In this document: in pieces, positions 20,914 to 29,511 of the stretch
Layout: each line of letters starts with the position of its first letter
Position numbering within the stretch: position 1 is the first letter of the stretch
Source: Candidatus Omnitrophota bacterium
GTDB taxonomy: Bacteria; Omnitrophota; Gorgyraeia; Zapsychrales; Zapsychraceae
NCBI GenBank assembly: GCA_023247445.1
Contig: JAHFGL010000005.1
Coordinates: 11,087 to 75,086 of the forward strand
DNA: 64,000 nucleotides
Direction of reading: 5' to 3'
Position numbers and translations under genes: made by a program
The notes under the pieces: generated by a model
Seen by the model: the letters and a program-made list of their open reading frames with translations, nothing else
What the model was told of the DNA's origin: nothing
Databases searched by the model: none

Positions 20914-21773
20914 TGAAACTAAACAGATCTTGCTATCTTCTATTTGTTATTTGTTTAATCAGCTTAACGGGCTGTTCAAAAAAGTCTCCTCCTCCCCCAA
21001 CATCATCTGAAGCGCATCAAAAATTAATTAAAATCTGTAAGGAAGAATTCAAGGAAAACATTACGTTAAAAGACGTGGGCAAAACACTCTGGATTTATTT
21101 TCCCATGAAAGAAAATATGTTTGAGATCAAAGCTAGCCGTCCATCGGAAGAAGAAAACAAAGATCCCAAAACTAAACAGGTCGTTCGTTTTATCGATGGA
21201 TCATTTAAAGACGAGAGCTTCCACATTAAATACGATATTATCTCTAACAAAATTTATAGCAAAAGTTATGGCTATGCGTCCTCTTATTCAGAAATTTATC
21301 AACGAAAACAGCGTCAAATCTTCGATGCCTTTTCGCGGGCTTATTTGGAGGCCAATCCTGGGCCAGAATTTATTGTTTTTGTCATCGCAGATATCACCAA
21401 CGGTGTTGAAAGTGAAAATATTCTATATTTCAAAGATCTGAAAGAATCTCTAACGGTCTCACCTGAAGAATATTTAAAGCGCGTCGTTTCTGACTTGCGC
21501 GGAAGTTTAGACATTATTAACGACACCACTGGGACACATTTAAAATATTTAGAGATCACGATGCCCAATTTTCTCGCTAAACAGATCATCAATCGCATCA
21601 ACTTTAAATATCAACGCAGTTCCTTCCCTCCCGAAAACGATCCCGTCACTGAAATCAAGAGTATCCTAAGTGAAACCTTCCAAGCTTATGAATTTCGCGA
21701 TTATCAATCGGTTGAGTTGGAAGATTTGGACAAGCTAAAGACGACAACAATTTTAAGGACAGAATTAAATTAA
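20913..21773 (+). CDS. Hypothetical lipoprotein coupled to the triple-AAA protease
   Basis: Lipobox LTGC at aa 18-21; TAATG stop/start overlap. Confidence 0.8.
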   Translation: MKLNRSCYLLFVICLISLTGCSKKSPPPPTSSEAHQKLIKICKEEFKENITLKDVGKTLWIYFPMKENMFEIKASRPSEEENKDPKTKQVVRFIDGSFKDESFHIKYDIISNKIYSKSYGYASSYSEIYQRKQRQIFDAFSRAYLEANPGPEFIVFVIADITNGVESENILYFKDLKESLTVSPEEYLKRVVSDLRGSLDIINDTTGTHLKYLEITMPNFLAKQIINRINFKYQRSSFPPENDPVTEIKSILSETFQAYEFRDYQSVELEDLDKLKTTTILRTELN

Positions 21774-21834
21774 CGACCTGGAGAAATACTTTTTACAACT
21801 GCGAAAAAAAATCTGCCCTTAAGTTTCAATCGGT

Positions 21835-21903
21835 CGTCATCCTGAGCAAAGCGAAGGATCTCTTCGGAGATCCTTCAGTCGCTTTCGCTCCTTCAGGATG
21901 ACG
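21835..21903. repeat. GTCAT-ended REP-like palindrome
   Basis: CGTCATCCTGA ... TCAGGATGACG with inner GAAGGATCTC/GAGATCCTTC. Confidence 0.8.
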
Positions 21904-21906
21904 GTC

Positions 21907-22506
21907 TTATTCAACAGTAACTTTCCTTCCCTTAACCTTCAACTTCCCCTGGGCAAAGAGAGCAATCGCTTTAGGATAAATTTTGTGCTCAACACTGTGG
22001 ATTTTCTCGGCCAGAGATTCCAACGTTTCATCTTCGGCAACTTTGATGGCTTCCTGCATAATCATCGGCCCATGATCCATTTTCTCATCGACAAAATGAA
22101 TGGTCACGCCTGTTACCTTAGCGCCATAGGTAAACGCATCTTTGATTCCATCAATTCCTTTAAAAGATGGCAAAAGCGATGGATGAACGTTTAAAATCTT
22201 TTGCGGATATTCGCGGATAAAAAATGGTGTTAACAATTTCATATAACCTGCTAATACAATAAAATCAATTTTTGCTTCTTTTAAATGAATAACAATAGCC
22301 CGTTCGTAGCTTTGCGGCGTGGCGTAATGTTTGGGATCAACAAAAAGCGTTTTGATGCCTGCCTCCTCGGCCCGCTTTAAAGCATAGGCCTTTCTATTAT
22401 TAGAGAAGACAAGCACTAGCTCGGCCTTAATCTCTGCCGCTTTAACGCTATCGATGATTGCTTGTAAGTTGCTTCCGTTTCCGGAGGCGAAAACTGCGAA
22501 ACGCAT
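21907..22506 (-). CDS. purN: Phosphoribosylglycinamide formyltransferase
   Basis: ASGNGSNLQA, LAGYMKLL, NVHPSLLP, G.TIHFVD..MDHGP. Confidence 0.97.
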   Translation of the reverse strand: MRFAVFASGNGSNLQAIIDSVKAAEIKAELVLVFSNNRKAYALKRAEEAGIKTLFVDPKHYATPQSYERAIVIHLKEAKIDFIVLAGYMKLLTPFFIREYPQKILNVHPSLLPSFKGIDGIKDAFTYGAKVTGVTIHFVDEKMDHGPMIMQEAIKVAEDETLESLAEKIHSVEHKIYPKAIALFAQGKLKVKGRKVTVE

Positions 22507-22534
22507 TTCGTAAAGCTCCTTTATTCATTTTATC

Positions 22535-22698
22535 GTCATTCTGAGCAAAGCGTACTGACTTTGCCATATTTATATTTAGATGAAGTCAGTACGTACCAAC
22601 TTCATCTAAAATATTTAAAGGAAAGTTGGTGCGAAGAATCTCTATACACTCAAGAAACTCGGAGATCCTTCGTCCACCTCTGGTGGACTCAGGATGAC
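22535..22698. repeat. GTCAT-ended REP-like palindrome interrupted by element E4
   Basis: GTCATTCTGAGCAAAGC[insert]GAAGAATCTC...CTCAGGATGAC; homologous to 21835-21903. Confidence 0.8.
22552..22632. mobile_element. 81-bp four-box element, copy E4
   Basis: GTACTGACT..AGTCAGTAC GTACCAACT..AGTTGGTGC inserted at C^G of the REP. Confidence 0.72.
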
Positions 22699-22726
22699 TT
22701 AGTAAACGTATACGTTTACTAAGTCA
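22695..22726. repeat. Perfect 32-bp palindrome without spacer
   Basis: TGACTTAGTAAACGTA|TACGTTTACTAAGTCA. Confidence 0.85.
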
Positions 22727-22739
22727 ATTATGCCATGTT

Positions 22740-24011
22740 CTATTGCGAGAAAGCAAATCCACCTTTTAGCTTCGCAATAATAAAACCAATAATTCCCACC
22801 AAGGCAAAGATAATCCCAACGCCAATTAAAATCCAAACACACCCAACAAATTTTGATAGCCATGAACTTAAAAACATCGATAGCAAAAACGCCAGATGAA
22901 TAATAACCTCAAGCGCACTAAAAACCTTCCCGCGCATAGACTCATCGCTGACAATTTGAATCGTCGTGTTAGTCGCAATAAAAATAGGTCCAACAATTAA
23001 CCCCAACAAACCAGAAAGCACCATCGCCATTTTAATATTAGGATAGTGCTGTACAAAATACGCAAAGAAAACCAACATGCATCCACCAAAAATAAGACAA
23101 AAGAAAATGGTGTTATACCATTTAAACTTTTTACCATACTTTCCATAAAGGATTGCGCCCAAAAATAACCCTATGCCCAAACACACCGCTAAGACACCTA
23201 AATCTTTCGTTACACTCTTAAAAGATTCTTGAATAAAAACAATCAACACCACGTAAATGGCCCCGGCGGCAGCGAACAAAATTGATAACATCACAATAAT
23301 TAAACGGATATCTTTGTGCTGAAACAGATACGCTAATCCTTCTTTAAATTCATCCCACAATGATCTTTTGATAGTTCCCAACATTTCTCGTCCACGACTC
23401 AGAATCTGTTTTCTATTAAGCCTCCACTTTAGTGGCATATCAATAGAGAAAATAAGTGCGCCTGAAATTAAAAAAGTAAAAGCATCAATAATAAAACCGT
23501 TTCTGGCCCCAAATTTATCAATCAAAAATCCACCGAGTGCACAACCCATTACAAAAGCGATCATCCCCGTTGTTGTTACTAAAGAATTAGCCGATAATAA
23601 ATTATCTTTAGTAACCAAATCAGGAATAATGGACATTTTCGCCGGAACATAAAAACGACTGAAGGAAAAAATTAAAAAAACTAAACAATAAATCGGAACC
23701 ATCGAAGTTTTATAAATGAAAACAAATGGAATAAGAAGAACAAGCGCGCAGCGAATAAGATCACAAACAAAAAGAGTTGTCTTGCGGTCCCAGCGGTCGA
23801 CAAAAATACCCGCGATCGGTTGGATAAAGAAAACGGGAATAATCGTACAAGCCATTAATTTTGCCAGCTCAATGCGCGAACCAGGAAAGCGTTCAGCCAT
23901 GAGTCCTACCAGCGCCAATTGATGAATACGATCGCCGAACTGAGAAATTACCTGCGCCAGCCAAAGCCGCAAAAAATTACGATTTTCATGATGAGTTAAA
24001 ACCTTAATCAC
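22740..24011 (-). CDS. MFS transporter (DHA3/macrolide-efflux-like)
   Basis: NFLRLWLAQVISQFGD, GIFVDRWDRK, MRGKVFS. Confidence 0.88.
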   Translation of the reverse strand: MIKVLTHHENRNFLRLWLAQVISQFGDRIHQLALVGLMAERFPGSRIELAKLMACTIIPVFFIQPIAGIFVDRWDRKTTLFVCDLIRCALVLLIPFVFIYKTSMVPIYCLVFLIFSFSRFYVPAKMSIIPDLVTKDNLLSANSLVTTTGMIAFVMGCALGGFLIDKFGARNGFIIDAFTFLISGALIFSIDMPLKWRLNRKQILSRGREMLGTIKRSLWDEFKEGLAYLFQHKDIRLIIVMLSILFAAAGAIYVVLIVFIQESFKSVTKDLGVLAVCLGIGLFLGAILYGKYGKKFKWYNTIFFCLIFGGCMLVFFAYFVQHYPNIKMAMVLSGLLGLIVGPIFIATNTTIQIVSDESMRGKVFSALEVIIHLAFLLSMFLSSWLSKFVGCVWILIGVGIIFALVGIIGFIIAKLKGGFAFSQ

Positions 24012-24013
24012 AG

Positions 24014-25906
24014 TTACTTTTTTTCCTTTAGTTGTTCGCTTAAATCATCTGCCGATTTGTTATAAACTTTCGCCTGATCAAGAAAACCAAGCTGATGGTA
24101 GCTTTCTGCCAATCGCCGCAAAGCACGCTCATCAAGTTCATCCTTCTCTCCCTCTAATTTAACCATTCGTTCATAGTATTCAATAGCTTTCTGCCATTTT
24201 TCTTTCGAATCATAACTAGCGGCTAAATTAAACAATGCATTTTTGTAAAATGGGTCAAGGGCCAAGGCCTTCTCATACTGCGCCATTGATTCATCAAGAC
24301 GTTGGGTTTTCCAATACATAACTCCAAGGCTGTAATAAAGTCCGGCATTATCCGGTTCTGTTTTAAGACGATTCAAATATAGTTCAATAAGAATCTGGTA
24401 ACTTAAATTCAAATTGTTTTTAAGAATGTGTTCCAGTTCGCCGGCATTTTTAACATTCTCATACTCCTGAATTCCTTCCAAATACTTCCCTTGATCACAA
24501 AGAACCTTGCCCAAACCAATCCGGGCACGGGCATCCCAGGGATCTTTATCGATAGTATAACGAAAATGTTTCTTAGCATCCTCATAACGACCGCATAATC
24601 CGTAAGCCACCGCTAAAGAATTGCGTACGCGGGCGTTATTCTGATTATGTTCTAACGAATGTTCAAACATTGCGATTTGTTGTGTAGCATAAATATTTTG
24701 TTGAATCGTTGTCAGTGAAAGAAAAACATAAAAACCAATAATCAAACCTGTCATAAACGCTGTGCCGACAGTTTTTCTTTCCATTATCTTTGAAATAAGT
24801 TGTTGTGCGGCTAAAACTAACAAAACAAATATCCCAACAGAAGGCAAATACAAGAAATGATCGGCGGTTGAAATCCGGTCCCAAGAAACTTTGACGGGAA
24901 TTATTTGCGCGACCGGCAAGAGATTAATAACAAACCATAGAATAAAAAAACTTATCACAGCTGAAATTCGTCGTCTAAACTTTACAACCCATGTTCCTAA
25001 GGCCAACCATGCCCCTAATGCCGCAAGAAATTGGATATCAGCTAAATTTTTTAGAGTTGCCATCGATCGGTCATAATACATATCCACAGGAAAAATAAGT
25101 AATTGCAAATAGGTCACCGTTGCTTTTAAAAATGTTCCGATACCTAAAATCGTCACCATAATCAGTGGCCAATGAAAAACGGCGGTAATCCCCAATATCT
25201 TGCGCCAAACAAAGTAAAAAACAGTCGTGGCCACAAAAGTAAAAAATATTCCCCACTTTTGGCGTTGATTAACTTTAATTTCATCTTTAAAACAAACTAA
25301 ATAACTTAAGACAAGAAAGGGCAACATTACCGCAGACTCTTTGGATAAAAGACTAAACATATAAGAAATTAACGATAAAACTAGAAACGGAAGTTTCGTT
25401 CTCGTTGGTTCCAAAGATAAAAGAAAAAGATAGAACGCCCACAACATAAAGAAAGCACATAACAAAATTGCCCGGCCAGGAATATTGGCCACCGCCTCAA
25501 CATGAATAGGATGAATAACAAATAATATTGCCGTCAGTAAGGCCACGATGCGTCGGCCCTGAAGCTTCTCAATGATCAAAAAGACTCCAATTGAGCTCCC
25601 TACATGAAGCAAAACATTGGTTAAATTGTAAAAAAATGAATCAAGTTTAAAGAAATGATACTCAATCATAAAACTCAGATAAACCAACGGACGATAATAC
25701 GAGTTTTCTCCAAAAAAAGACGATCGTAATATTTCACCGACATACTGGAAACTTTTAATTTTGGAATTAAGAATGATTGCGTAATAATCATCCATCGTTT
25801 TAAACGGGGCATGAAGTATTAAACTATAAAGGGAAAATCCCAATATGCCGAGGATCAAAAAAATTGTAAGGTTGGATTTAAGGAGGTTGTTGAATAATTT
25901 ATTCAT
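24014..25906 (-). CDS. TMTC-like GT-C membrane glycosyltransferase with C-terminal TPRs
   Basis: DD..AI..N, YYRPL, HPIHVEAV, SKES, DHFLYLPS, then TPR repeats; start moved to MNKLF. Confidence 0.8.
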   Translation of the reverse strand: MNKLFNNLLKSNLTIFLILGILGFSLYSLILHAPFKTMDDYYAIILNSKIKSFQYVGEILRSSFFGENSYYRPLVYLSFMIEYHFFKLDSFFYNLTNVLLHVGSSIGVFLIIEKLQGRRIVALLTAILFVIHPIHVEAVANIPGRAILLCAFFMLWAFYLFLLSLEPTRTKLPFLVLSLISYMFSLLSKESAVMLPFLVLSYLVCFKDEIKVNQRQKWGIFFTFVATTVFYFVWRKILGITAVFHWPLIMVTILGIGTFLKATVTYLQLLIFPVDMYYDRSMATLKNLADIQFLAALGAWLALGTWVVKFRRRISAVISFFILWFVINLLPVAQIIPVKVSWDRISTADHFLYLPSVGIFVLLVLAAQQLISKIMERKTVGTAFMTGLIIGFYVFLSLTTIQQNIYATQQIAMFEHSLEHNQNNARVRNSLAVAYGLCGRYEDAKKHFRYTIDKDPWDARARIGLGKVLCDQGKYLEGIQEYENVKNAGELEHILKNNLNLSYQILIELYLNRLKTEPDNAGLYYSLGVMYWKTQRLDESMAQYEKALALDPFYKNALFNLAASYDSKEKWQKAIEYYERMVKLEGEKDELDERALRRLAESYHQLGFLDQAKVYNKSADDLSEQLKEKK

Positions 25907-25916
25907 TGGGGAAAGA

Positions 25917-26071
25917 TGAAGCCGACGACCGGGATTGAACCGCATTGACTTTCCTTTAAAAATATTATTGTAGTCAATACGGCGTCAACTCATTCTAGAT
26001 AAAGTCAATGCAGTGCCAACTACCATAATCATTAATTAAAAGAAAGTTGGCGCCGGTGACCCACGCATTAC
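25917..26071 (-). pseudogene. Displaced 3' half of a tRNA-Thr, interrupted by element E2
   Basis: Without E2 it reads GTAATGCGTGGGTCACCGGTTCAATCCCGGTCGTCGGCTTCA (anticodon loop to acceptor end). Confidence 0.8.
25942..26053. mobile_element. 112-bp six-box element, copy E2
   Basis: GCATTGACT, AGTCAATAC, GCGTCAACT, AGTCAATGC, GTGCCAACT, AGTTGGCGC; splits the T-stem of the tRNA fragment. Confidence 0.8.
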
Positions 26072-26091
26072 ACGGTGTATTGTTCTTAAAA

Positions 26092-26164
26092 AGCTGGCGA
26101 CAGGAATTGAACCTGCGACCCGCGCATTACGAATGCGCTGCTCTACCAACTGAGCTACGCCAGC
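26092..26164 (-). tRNA. tRNA-Thr (CGT), CCA not encoded
   Basis: GCTGGCGTAGCTCAGTTGGTAGAGCAGCGCATTCGTAATGCGCGGGTCGCAGGTTCAATTCCTGTCGCCAGCT cloverleaf. Confidence 0.96.
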
Positions 26165-26250
26165 AAGAATTTTCAAAAAAAACAAATCTTATATTGAGGA
26201 AAAATTCTTGCCGTCCTGACTTCCATTAAAAAATTTAGAAAAGCCAGGGC
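26163..26250. mobile_element. 88-bp four-box element E5 at the tRNA-Thr 5' end
   Basis: GCAAGAATT..AATTCTTGC C GTCCTGACT..AGCCAGGGC; homologous to E6. Confidence 0.7.
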
Positions 26251-26362
26251 GGCGCAATAAAAAAGGCCTCTTACTGGCTCATGTTATTACTTCTTGTCTT
26301 TTTAATAACATCATCAGAACCGTTAAGAAACCTGAGAAAAACATTAAAAAAAGGTGGTGCCG

Positions 26363-26768
26363 CATTGCTGCTACTAAATCAATCTTTTCTTTAAAAAAGC
26401 GTGTCCTTATCCCACTTTCAAATATCTTTCAAAACTTAAAGCAATTTTTTTATTACTAAATGAAATATATGTTTCAATCTGCCAGGGAGAAAACTTTCTG
26501 GTATAACCAATAGAGTTTGTATTATGCTCCGTTAAACGTTGATTCAGATTTGTTGTAAATCCAACGTAATGTTTAGTGGAATCCTTTTTACTAGTTAAAA
26601 TATAAACATAATACATTTTATAATTTTGTGCTCTACTTCGCCAAATAGCTTCCGCGGTTGGCTTCCGCGTTTGGCTTCGTAGAGCATTCTACTACGCCCT
26701 CATCTTTCAAAGACATAATAGAATGCATTCTACGAAGCCCAAAGCGAAAGCATTTGGGCGTAGTAGAA
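26363..26768 (-). mobile_element. GIY-YIG mini-element at the tRNA-Phe 3' end
   Basis: Flanked by CGGCA direct repeats, the distal one followed by CCA; contains palindromes and a GIY-YIG gene. Confidence 0.62.
26374..26616 (-). pseudogene. Small GIY-YIG nuclease with premature stop
   Basis: YYVYIL..YVGFT.NL..RL.EHN..FERYLKVG*GHAFLKKRLI*; in-frame TAA at 26407-26409. Confidence 0.8.
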
Positions 26769-26841
26769 TGCCGAGACCCAGAATTGAACTGGGGACGCAA
26801 GGATTTTCAGTCCTTCGCTCTACCAACTGAGCTATCTCGGC
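26769..26841 (-). tRNA. tRNA-Phe (GAA), CCA not contiguous
   Basis: GCCGAGATAGCTCAGTTGGTAGAGCGAAGGACTGAAAATCCTTGCGTCCCCAGTTCAATTCTGGGTCTCGGCA. Confidence 0.97.
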
Positions 26842-26921
26842 GAGAATTTTCCACTAAAAACCATTAAGAAAAAATTCTTGCAGTCCTGTCTTCTATTCAA
26901 AACTTCTAGAGAAGACAGGGC
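26840..26921. mobile_element. 82-bp four-box element E6 at the tRNA-Phe 5' end
   Basis: GCGAGAATT..AATTCTTGC A GTCCTGTCT..AGACAGGGC. Confidence 0.72.
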
Positions 26922-27030
26922 GGCAAATGTATTCCACAATCAAATTTAAAAGACCAATTCCCCTCTCAACAAATGCCCCATTTTATATAAGCGTCTATAA
27001 AATGTCAATTGAATCTATTTGGGTTAATCG

Positions 27031-27432
27031 TTATTCATTAAGGTGGGTCATGATCTTGACAAATACATCTTGGGCAATAGAAATCTTTGGCAAGAACGAC
27101 TTACGTGCTTTAACCGTTAGCTTAATATTCGATTGATTAATCGAAGAAATGGTCACCGTGACTTTTGCCCCCTGAACATGGGCAATGATAATCCCGGCCT
27201 CTTGCTGCTGTTCACTAATTGTTCCCATTATCGAAATTACATCAACCGCCGCATCCCAAGCCGCTGAAGCTTCATTATTGGAAACACCCTCAACCGTATC
27301 CGGGCTAACCACATAGCCTCCCAGCGCCCCTATTCCACCAATAATCATATAAACACATCCGGAGGAAGAGAGCACCAGCAAAGAAAATAATGAACATTTA
27401 ATAAATCTATCCCACGACCTTAAAAAATTCAC
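27031..27432 (-). CDS. DUF3568-like lipoprotein
   Basis: SSGC lipobox followed by Gly-rich hydrophobic stretch. Confidence 0.65.
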   Translation of the reverse strand: MNFLRSWDRFIKCSLFSLLVLSSSGCVYMIIGGIGALGGYVVSPDTVEGVSNNEASAAWDAAVDVISIMGTISEQQQEAGIIIAHVQGAKVTVTISSINQSNIKLTVKARKSFLPKISIAQDVFVKIMTHLNE

Positions 27433-27458
27433 GTTAACCCCTCACTAAGAATTAAAAG

Positions 27459-27542
27459 TTAACCTAGGTTTCCCTTCTTACCATGATTAGCTTTCTTGGA
27501 TCTCCAGCTTAACTTTCCTCGTCGTTTTCTTTTTTTACTCAT
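27459..27542 (-). CDS. 27-aa bL37-like small ribosomal protein (not in ORF track)
   Basis: MSKKRKRRGKLSWRSKKANHGKKGNLG; KANHGK motif; GAAAGGA RBS. Confidence 0.75.
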   Translation of the reverse strand: MSKKRKRRGKLSWRSKKANHGKKGNLG

Positions 27543-27622
27543 CTAAATATCCTTTCTACAACTACCCGTTGGTTTCAATGGCTAAATTATACATGATTTA
27601 GCTTTTAGTTCTAGCGAAGAAT

Positions 27623-28288
27623 TCAAAAATCTATCTTTTGTAACACGCCTTCTATTGCGCCAATCGAATTGATAATCTTAAAGGGTTTAAACGAAACAAC
27701 CTCTTTTCTAAAACTCGATCCGGTTACGACCGCCACCGTTTTAATACCCGCCTTCTGACCAGCCTGTACATCAATGGTCATATCGCCAACATATAACGCT
27801 TCATGGGGTTTTAACAATAATTTCTTTAAAATTTCCTTTAAAATATCGCCAGCAGGTTTGCCACGCTTAACTTGATCAGCACAAATAACGCATGAGAACA
27901 AAGACGAAATATTAAGATGTTTAAGAATAATTTTTGTATAAAAACTAGGACGGTTGCTGGCGATCGCCAATCGATAACCATTCTTCTTAAGTTTAAATAA
28001 TAGCTTTTTAGCGCCAGGTAGAAACTTTGTCCCTGTTTTCAAAGATTTTTTATGATGTCGGCGGTAAATGGCTAAAACCCCATCAACATCTGTAGGGGTT
28101 ACAAATCGACTGATAAGGTTTTTATCACCCCAACCGACACTTCGCTTAATCGTTTCATCAGTCAGCGAAGGATATCCCATTTTTTTCAAAGAAAAATTTA
28201 CACTTTGCGCAACGGCCTTATAAGCATTAACTAGCGTCCCATCCAAATCAAAAATAACGAGCCTAATCTTAGCTGCCATGCTTAGCAT
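27623..28288 (-). CDS. HAD-family phosphatase (Gph-like)
   Basis: FDLDGTL, ASN, KP, YVGD..ID...G. Confidence 0.9.
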   Translation of the reverse strand: MLSMAAKIRLVIFDLDGTLVNAYKAVAQSVNFSLKKMGYPSLTDETIKRSVGWGDKNLISRFVTPTDVDGVLAIYRRHHKKSLKTGTKFLPGAKKLLFKLKKNGYRLAIASNRPSFYTKIILKHLNISSLFSCVICADQVKRGKPAGDILKEILKKLLLKPHEALYVGDMTIDVQAGQKAGIKTVAVVTGSSFRKEVVSFKPFKIINSIGAIEGVLQKIDF

Positions 28289-28448
28289 CTTTCATCATAT
28301 AAAGAATAACCAGTCCAGCTAAAGCCAGAACCATCCCCACCACTCCGCGAAATAAAATAACGACATCCTTCCACCAGACTAGAACCAGACTGATGCCTAG
28401 TATGAGAATGGCAAAACCTAAAATAAATTTTAAAGATTTGTTAAACAT
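28269..28448 (-). CDS. 59-aa two-helix membrane protein (not in ORF track)
   Basis: MFNKSFKFILGFAILILGISLVLVWWKDVVILFRGVVGMVLALAGLVILYMMKDAKHGS; fills an operon gap. Confidence 0.7.
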   Translation of the reverse strand: MFNKSLKFILGFAILILGISLVLVWWKDVVILFRGVVGMVLALAGLVILYMMKDAKHGS

Positions 28449-28458
28449 AATTTAAGGG

Positions 28459-28532
28459 GCTATCAGTCTTCAGCTTTCAGCTATCAGTAGCTGAGCAGCT
28501 TTCTGATAACTGACGACTGAGAGCTGACAGCT
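28459..28532. repeat. Inverted heptamer array (TCAGCT.. / ..AGCTGA)
   Basis: GCTATCA GTCTTCA GCTTTCA GCTATCA ... TGATAAC TGACGAC TGAGAGC TGACAGC. Confidence 0.75.
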
Positions 28533-28533
28533 G

Positions 28534-29451
28534 TTAAGACGGCGGCTGACTCTTCCATCGCCTGTGCATCCATCCCCATTCCTGAGGATACCGGCGAACA
28601 TAGTCTTCAATAACCTTAGTAATTTTTGCTGTGTTAACGGTAAGTGCTTCTTTATCATCCGCGTGTTCTTCTAAAATGAGCGGTGGCTCAATGATAATTT
28701 TATGCGTATCATCTTTTTGACGGATGATAAACATCGGGATAAGTGGAGCGCCTGTGCGTCGGGCAAAGGTGATTGGCCCTGTTGCTGTCGCTGCCTTTTG
28801 ACCAAAGAAATCAACAAACACGCCGCCGCCGCTGCCAAAATTTTGATCCAAAGGAATAAAAAGAAGCTGATTTTCACGCAAAACTTTAATCGAAGTATTA
28901 ACACACTCTGAACGTGGATGGCTGTAAACCGTGTTTAACCCTAATCGCGTTCGTTGCGCTTGAAAATGTTTTTCAATAATCTCATCACGGGTTGCCCGAA
29001 TGATCGCATTAGTTTTATATCCTTCTTGCGCGCATCGAATGAGCATTAAAGGGAAATTGCCAAAATGCGCGCTGACCGCAATGACACCCTTGCCTTCCTT
29101 AAAAGCCTTATCCAAATTTTCTTTGCCTTCGAAAACAACACGCTCTTTAATCATCGCTGGATGATCCATAAAATAAATGAGCTCAATCATCCCTCGTCCT
29201 AAATTCTCAAAACAATTTCGAGCGATTTGTTCAACCTCCTGCGGACTTTTTTCTTTACCAAAGGCAATGTTCAAACTTTCAAAAGCAATCTTTCGTTGCC
29301 TAATCGCGACGCGATAAGCTATGGCGATGAATCCATTCGCAAGGCTCGAGACAAAAGAATAGGGTAAGCAATTAAACAGCCAGGAGAAGGTAAAAAGACT
29401 ATTGCGGGCAATGGTGCGTTTAAACTTTTTTAGACGATCATGAAAGCTCAT
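28534..29451 (-). CDS. Lipid A late acyltransferase family (LpxL/HtrB-like)
   Basis: AHFGNF, DQ, VDFFG..A, YPQEWGWMHRRWK. Confidence 0.9.
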   Translation of the reverse strand: MSFHDRLKKFKRTIARNSLFTFSWLFNCLPYSFVSSLANGFIAIAYRVAIRQRKIAFESLNIAFGKEKSPQEVEQIARNCFENLGRGMIELIYFMDHPAMIKERVVFEGKENLDKAFKEGKGVIAVSAHFGNFPLMLIRCAQEGYKTNAIIRATRDEIIEKHFQAQRTRLGLNTVYSHPRSECVNTSIKVLRENQLLFIPLDQNFGSGGGVFVDFFGQKAATATGPITFARRTGAPLIPMFIIRQKDDTHKIIIEPPLILEEHADDKEALTVNTAKITKVIEDYVRRYPQEWGWMHRRWKSQPPS

Positions 29452-29511
29452 AATAATGAAAAAGAAAACACATTCTATTTTATGTTCTGAAGAAAAGAAT
29501 GTGTCTTGGAG

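Noticed and set aside
25907-25945. Track start of the 643-aa ORF
   Set aside because: This ATG lies in element E2 and the extension runs through the tRNA remnant
25917-26071. Functional intron-containing tRNA
   Set aside because: No contiguous 5' half; the insert is in the T-stem, lacks group I/II features, and has relatives in non-tRNA sites
26407-26409. Stop-codon recoding in the GIY-YIG gene
   Set aside because: TAA is the normal stop for many genes here; a point mutation is simpler
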